Of a stretch of DNA of 64,000 nucleotides, positions 58,941 through 64,000 are shown piece by piece (the stretch's first letter is position 1; each line of letters begins with the position of its first letter). Location of the stretch: the NCBI GenBank assembly GCA_963669175.1, contig OY769902.1:3264001-3328000 (forward strand), in the 5' to 3' direction. A program made the translations under genes and the position numbers. The notes below the pieces were generated by a model. The model was not told the DNA's origin. It searched no databases and worked only from the letters and a program-made list of their open reading frames with translations. Origin of the DNA: a bacterium. GTDB taxonomy: Bacteria; Electryoneota; Electryoneia; Electryoneales; Electryoneaceae.

Positions 58941-60080
58941 ATGAACGGGAAAACGGTACTTTGTATTGCGCTTGTGATAACGGGTGTGATTGTGCTGGCC
59001 GGGATAAGTCTGGCACAGGCAACCGTGGTTGAAGTAGATGGTTACGGTCAGACTTATGATGACGCGGTTCTTGACGCGCAGCGGACGGCAGTATCTGTGG
59101 TGATGGGGCAATATGTTGACAGCCGGACACTGGTACAGAATTTTGCGCTGCTTTCTGATCGCATCCTGACCAGTAGCAGCGGCTACGTCAAAGCCTATGA
59201 AGTCATCGAAGAAGGGCAGGTGGGAGGAAGCTATCGTGTGCGGATTCGTGCAGAAGTAGCTTCTACAACCATCCGGGATAATATTGATGCTATTGCTGTG
59301 CTTCAAGCGCATCAGGGCAACCCGCGTTTTGTTGTTGTTCCCGATCCCAATCCGCTGGCAGATCATTTCCGCCCAGGCGATCAGGTTGTTCTTGAGACGC
59401 AACGCGCAATTGAAAGCTACCTGGCTGAACGTCAAATGAATGTGGTGCAGGCGCCCATGGGATACGGTGGCGGCTCAGTTTCCGGAAGCGCGGGTATGCT
59501 GCGCGACCTTTCCCAGTATTCGGCAGGACTTGGCGCTGAGTACGCGGTCTATTTCTCGGTAAAAGGATCGCAGAAGGGGCGCAGCAGAACTTTCAACAAG
59601 GCTACAGTTGTTGTCAGTGTTAATATCGTGAATACGGGATCTTACAGGATCTTCGCTCAGGAAGAGGGGCGCTCCGAAGCCGGTGATGATACCGACATGA
59701 GCTTCGCCTTCCAGAAAGCTGCCAGCGATGCGGCGAGAAAAGCTATGCATCCTGCAATGGATAAACTGCTGGCTGACTGGTCAAGGGCCGGCACTACGGC
59801 AGGCGCTACCTATACGCTGAATCTGGAACAGGTTCAGGGCGATGACCTGGAGAAATTTGAAGAAGCGTTAAACCGAAGTGGAGCCGTGAAACAGGTTGAT
59901 CGCAGATCGTTTGTTGATGGCACGGCACAGCTTCATGTAACCGTGCAGGGCGCTGTGCGTGACCTCGGCGATGCAGTTGGAATCGTATTGCAGGAAACGG
60001 GGCTGGACTGGACATTGGTAGGATTCGATGGAAGCAGTCTTACCTATCGTACGAACAGCATTATCCTGTCAAAGGGATAA
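58941..60080 (+). CDS. Secreted protein with FlgT-N-like domain
   Basis: Signal peptide, 'VEVDGYG...AVLDAQRTAV...VDSRTLVQNF..LSDRI...SSGYV'; RBS AAGGAG. Confidence 0.7.
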   Translation: MNGKTVLCIALVITGVIVLAGISLAQATVVEVDGYGQTYDDAVLDAQRTAVSVVMGQYVDSRTLVQNFALLSDRILTSSSGYVKAYEVIEEGQVGGSYRVRIRAEVASTTIRDNIDAIAVLQAHQGNPRFVVVPDPNPLADHFRPGDQVVLETQRAIESYLAERQMNVVQAPMGYGGGSVSGSAGMLRDLSQYSAGLGAEYAVYFSVKGSQKGRSRTFNKATVVVSVNIVNTGSYRIFAQEEGRSEAGDDTDMSFAFQKAASDAARKAMHPAMDKLLADWSRAGTTAGATYTLNLEQVQGDDLEKFEEALNRSGAVKQVDRRSFVDGTAQLHVTVQGAVRDLGDAVGIVLQETGLDWTLVGFDGSSLTYRTNSIILSKG

Positions 60081-60128
60081 AAGAAGATACATGCCTCAAA
60101 AAGAAGATATACTATTCAGATAGATACA

Positions 60129-60158
60129 AAAGAACCCCTGTTTGTGCAGGGGTTCTTT
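60129..60158. terminator. Bidirectional terminator
   Basis: AAAGAACCCCTG/CAGGGGTTCTTT. Confidence 0.8.
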
Positions 60159-60182
60159 ATTGGAGAAGCCTGAATTCAACTG

Positions 60183-60956
60183 TCACTGGCTTTGCTGTTT
60201 CTTCTGGTTTAACAGGTCAATATCCATATCGTTCAACCTGGCTTCGATCATCTTGGATATATCCAGCATGGCATCCTTTGCGCCGAGGTAGTCCATTGTT
60301 TTTATTTCTTCCGTATTGGCCATGTCTTTCAGGCTTTCGATTACACAGCTTATTTTATTGCATTCACGCTTGATCTTTTGCGTAGCTTCATCCATGTCTT
60401 CCTGTGAGGCTGGCATTTCATTGAGAAGATCCATGCTGCCGTTGATGATGGAGACAGAATTATTCAAGTGATGGGCAATTGTTACGATAAGCTGGGAAAG
60501 AGTATCGACCCGTGCTTTCGCTTCAGCGTTACGGTTGCGTTGTTTGAAAGAAAGTCTTGAACGGATCCGGGTGACCAGTTCCGTAGGGTCAAAAGGTTTG
60601 ACTATATAATCGACAGCGCCAAGCTCGAAACCTTTGGCCTTACTGCTGATATCCTGTTGCGCACTCAGGAATAATATTGGAACATCCTTCAGATCATCAT
60701 CACGATGCAGGATATCAGCCGCCTGAAACCCATTCATGACAGGCATGTTGATATCCATGATGATCAGATCAGGTTTAACTTGTTGAGCTATGGAGACGCC
60801 GTCCTGACCGTTTTCTGCGGAATATACTTCGTATCCTTCGTCTTCAAGGATCATGCGAAGTAACTTCAGAAAAACGGTCTCGTCCTCAACTATGAGTAAC
60901 CGTCCTGTTTCAGGAACAGGGGATTCTTCTTGATCGTTCAATTTAAACGTAAGCAT
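60183..60956 (-). CDS. Response regulator: receiver plus HisKA/DHp-like domain, no ATPase
   Basis: Receiver VEDE, MDINMP, LSA, KPF; then 'TIAHHLNN' and tail 'DYLGAKDAMLDI'. Confidence 0.88.
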   Translation of the reverse strand: MLTFKLNDQEESPVPETGRLLIVEDETVFLKLLRMILEDEGYEVYSAENGQDGVSIAQQVKPDLIIMDINMPVMNGFQAADILHRDDDLKDVPILFLSAQQDISSKAKGFELGAVDYIVKPFDPTELVTRIRSRLSFKQRNRNAEAKARVDTLSQLIVTIAHHLNNSVSIINGSMDLLNEMPASQEDMDEATQKIKRECNKISCVIESLKDMANTEEIKTMDYLGAKDAMLDISKMIEARLNDMDIDLLNQKKQQSQ

Positions 60957-61202
60957 GCTCTGTTGATGTCCCGTCAATATGAAAAGGTTCACTTAAAGTT
61001 CGGAGTATATAATGGATGAAAGCAAAAGGAAAATTGGTGATGCGCTCAAAGGCGAGAATCAGTAAGGTCACTATAATTATCATGTTAATCGGATATGGCC
61101 GGGAACACTATTCTAAACCCGGACAAATGATGATAGAGGCCGGGGGGTACATTTTTCTTATATTTATTATAGAAAAGGAAGTAGAGGAGGTAAGCACGGT
61201 CC

Positions 61203-62366
61203 ATGTTGAATTTCAGAACACTCACTCTGTCCATCATTCTCTTTTTCGTTTTTTCTTTGGTTTTGATGGCAAAGTCGCCAACGAGGTCTCCCCTGGAAGG
61301 AAGCTGGAAAGCTGTTAATGGCGATCCAAGCCTTGTCTTGAAGGGAGACGAGTCGTTTACCTGGGGGATGTTATCAGGTAACTGGAAACTGGATGGGGAA
61401 ACTCTGTTTTTACATAGCCCCGGAAAACTCATCGGGTATACTGTAAAAGTAACACAAGGCCGTATGACTTTAAGCGGTGGTGACTTGTATGGTACTGAGA
61501 GAGTTTTTACGTATGCATCATCCGGGTCGCCGGTAATTCCGGCAGCGTTAAAACCTGCTGAAACTGTACATGGTTCAGGTGCGTCCCGGCAGAATCTGAC
61601 AAATGATTCCAGTATTCCGGATACTTCGCTGGCTGATCTGGCAGGAATGCGCATACAGGATCCGCTGTATGGAGTATGGGAAAGCGATAATCATACAGGT
61701 CATTTTGACAAGCTGCAGTTCATGGCCAGTGGTCAGCTTATAATTGATGGTAGTGAAAAGGCTGGTTTCAGGGTTATTGGTGATCGGATCTATGTGTCAC
61801 GTGGGGAAGAGATACAGGAATGGTTCTTCGTTCGAGATCAGGATTACCTGGCGCTTTCCTATAGTGAATTATCAAGACCCAAGCTCTATAATCGCATGAC
61901 TGTTCAACCAAGACGCTTCAGGGCACGTTCTTTCGAAGAGATCGAAGGACAATACTCCAGCGTGCGTCCCGTCTTTGAAAAGGAAGGTAGCGAAGCATTG
62001 CAGCGTACGATTATCATTCTTTCAAATGGCGATATCAAAGGATGGGGAACGAATAAAAAAGGCACGACCATCGATAACTGGACGGCATATTCAAGCATAG
62101 TCGATGGCGGTCTGGAAGTACGCTACGACAATGGCACCCTGGTTGCGCTCGATGTGTATGTTGAGCAGAATCCCCTTTTTGGGAATCTCTTGTTTTTCGA
62201 TGGCAATGTGTATGCGAACCAGGTTGAAAGACCGGGCAGTTTTTCACGACAGGAGTGGCTTGATCCATACGATGCTGCGAGGATACGTGAAGAATTGAGT
62301 GACATGATCCTTGAGGTATTACCACCAATAGAGTTGCGTCCGGATACCACAATATTGCAATACTGA
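61203..62366 (+). CDS. Secreted hypothetical protein with repeated lipocalin-like 'GxW' beta modules
   Basis: Signal peptide; LEGSWK, LYGVWE, IEGQYS module starts; long ORF with RBS GGAGG. Confidence 0.6.
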   Translation: MLNFRTLTLSIILFFVFSLVLMAKSPTRSPLEGSWKAVNGDPSLVLKGDESFTWGMLSGNWKLDGETLFLHSPGKLIGYTVKVTQGRMTLSGGDLYGTERVFTYASSGSPVIPAALKPAETVHGSGASRQNLTNDSSIPDTSLADLAGMRIQDPLYGVWESDNHTGHFDKLQFMASGQLIIDGSEKAGFRVIGDRIYVSRGEEIQEWFFVRDQDYLALSYSELSRPKLYNRMTVQPRRFRARSFEEIEGQYSSVRPVFEKEGSEALQRTIIILSNGDIKGWGTNKKGTTIDNWTAYSSIVDGGLEVRYDNGTLVALDVYVEQNPLFGNLLFFDGNVYANQVERPGSFSRQEWLDPYDAARIREELSDMILEVLPPIELRPDTTILQY

Positions 62367-62413
62367 TGGTCAGATTTGTAGCGTTTTAAACTTACCAAGG
62401 GAGGAGTTGCAGG

Positions 62414-63190
62414 ATGAGTTACGAAAAACTTCATGTGGAGATTGAAGATCGCATCGCAACAGTAACGATTGACAACCCGAAGGTAAACGCGCTTTCCGGC
62501 GCTGTGTTGGAAGAGTTGGCGGAAGCGTTCAAAGAACTGAAGCATAATCCCGAAGTTGGGGTAATTATTCTGACTGGCGCAGGGAAAGCATTCGTAGCTG
62601 GCGCTGACATTTCAGAATTGAACAAGTTGAACCTTTTCCAGGCGAAGCGATATGCAAGAATAGGACAACACTTAATGGGGCGAATTGAGAATTCTCCCAA
62701 GCCGGTGATCGCTGCCGTAAACGGTTTTGCGCTGGGTGGCGGATGTGAGATCGCCATGGCCTGCACCATGCGTATCGCTTCTGAAAACGCATTATTCGGA
62801 CAGCCGGAAGTGAAGCTTGGCCTGATTCCTGGTTTTGGTGGGACACAGCGCCTGGCGCGTCTGGTTGGCGAGGGTCGTGCCATGGAAATCCTGTTGACAG
62901 GTGAGAACCTGAATGCAGCCGAAGCGTATCGGATTGGCCTCGTAAATCGTGTTGTCCCGGCAGATAAACTGATGGATGAAGTGAAGGATCTTGCGAAGAA
63001 GATCCTCGCAGTAGGGCCGGTTGCCGTCCGTCTGGCGAAAGATGCATGCCACCGTGGTCTTTCGATGGATCAGGATGCCGGAATGAAGCTGGAATCAGAT
63101 TTGTTCGGTATGTGCTTCGCAACAGGGGATGCCAAAGAAGGCACAGCCGCATTCCTTGAAAGAAGAACTGCAAACTTCACCGGTAAATAG
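62414..63190 (+). CDS. Enoyl-CoA hydratase (crotonase)
   Basis: AFVAGADI, GFALGGGCE, GQPEV.LG.IPGFGGTQRL. Confidence 0.95.
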   Translation: MSYEKLHVEIEDRIATVTIDNPKVNALSGAVLEELAEAFKELKHNPEVGVIILTGAGKAFVAGADISELNKLNLFQAKRYARIGQHLMGRIENSPKPVIAAVNGFALGGGCEIAMACTMRIASENALFGQPEVKLGLIPGFGGTQRLARLVGEGRAMEILLTGENLNAAEAYRIGLVNRVVPADKLMDEVKDLAKKILAVGPVAVRLAKDACHRGLSMDQDAGMKLESDLFGMCFATGDAKEGTAAFLERRTANFTGK

Positions 63191-63298
63191 AATCGGTTTA
63201 CAAAGTGTGATTTGAAGTAAAAGTGTACTTAGCAGGAGGTTGTACTGAGAGCGTAACGTCAGGTCACAAGTCACAACAACCAGGATTGGAGGTGGCGT

Positions 63299-64000
63299 AT
63301 GGCCAGCATGGGAAAAGTTCAGAGTCAGCGTATTGGTGGTCGCTTGACGATCACCTTGGATAATCCGCCGGATAACCATCTGACTGAAGAAGTGATGACG
63401 GAAATCCGTGAAGCCCTGGAAGAAATACGAGGTGATGACAGCCTGAAATTGATTGTATTTCGTTCGGGGATCCCCGATGTTTTCAGTAGAGGTTTTGACC
63501 GAAAGCAGAGGTTGCCAGAGAAAATAGGTCCCTTAATGGCCGCCTTTGGTCATATGCTTTATCTCCTGAATGAAATCCCGGTTATTATTGTGGCCGAAGT
63601 GGAAGGCAGTTGTATCGGCGCCGGGATGGAACTGGCCAGTTTCTGTGATATGGTGCTTTGCTCATCAGGCGCTCGAATGGGGCATCCAGAAGTACGGATG
63701 GGAGTTTTCCCGCCAATTGCCGCCGCAGTGTATCCACACCTCATAGGGCGCAACCGTACTATCGAAATTCTTAGTACTGGACATGAGCTTACCGCGCAGG
63801 AAGCTTTTGAAATCGGACTTGTCAACCATGTCTGGCCCAACCGCGAGTTCAGCGAAAGAACCATGCGGTATTACAACCAGATTGAGACACGAAGCGCAGT
63901 GTCACTGCGACTGACAAAGAAGGCTATTGAACAGTCGTTGTATGAAAAGGTATTGGTGGCAATCCGGACCGCAGAGAATATCTACCTGAACGAGTTGTTG
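63299..64000 (+). CDS. Enoyl-CoA hydratase/isomerase family protein, partial (runs off the window end)
   Basis: Not in the ORF track. Hand translation from ATG 63299 (RBS GGAGG): MASMGKV...LDNPPDN...GSCIGAGMEL...GHPEVRMGVFPP...ENIYLNELL, open to base 64000. Confidence 0.9.
   Translation, partial: MASMGKVQSQRIGGRLTITLDNPPDNHLTEEVMTEIREALEEIRGDDSLKLIVFRSGIPDVFSRGFDRKQRLPEKIGPLMAAFGHMLYLLNEIPVIIVAEVEGSCIGAGMELASFCDMVLCSSGARMGHPEVRMGVFPPIAAAVYPHLIGRNRTIEILSTGHELTAQEAFEIGLVNHVWPNREFSERTMRYYNQIETRSAVSLRLTKKAIEQSLYEKVLVAIRTAENIYLNELL

Overview
64 kb of bacterial chromosome, probably from an FCB-superphylum lineage: it has five proteins with T9SS/Por-type C-terminal 'Y/HPNPFN' sorting domains, DUF3098, acidic secreted proteins and one MCP (the taxonomy is inferred, not proven). 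Housekeeping genes (purD, tilS-ftsH, polA, rluD, mce, tRNA-Val, tRNA-Pro) are mixed with peptidases, lipoprotein pairs, an arsR-acr3-arsC operon and a tandemly duplicated TetR + secreted-protein cassette. No CRISPR, integrase, transposase or reverse transcriptase is visible. The most unusual signals are non-coding. (1) Two inverted MITE-like elements with TATA(A/G)C ends, each filled with REP-like hairpin doublets, bracket a TPR-PAS-DHp sensor next to tRNA-Val. (2) A 396-bp IS50/Tn5-like MITE with a 10-bp target duplication carries a REP doublet with five compensatory base-pair changes, and sits within other REP families. (3) The duplicated secreted-protein genes share 5' and 3' UTR hairpins with UCCCU loops. 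At protein level, two signalling proteins end in a His-phosphotransfer (DHp) domain plus a shared 'DY-x5/6-MLD' tail with no ATPase domain, and one M28 peptidase is fused to a degenerate M19-like barrel.
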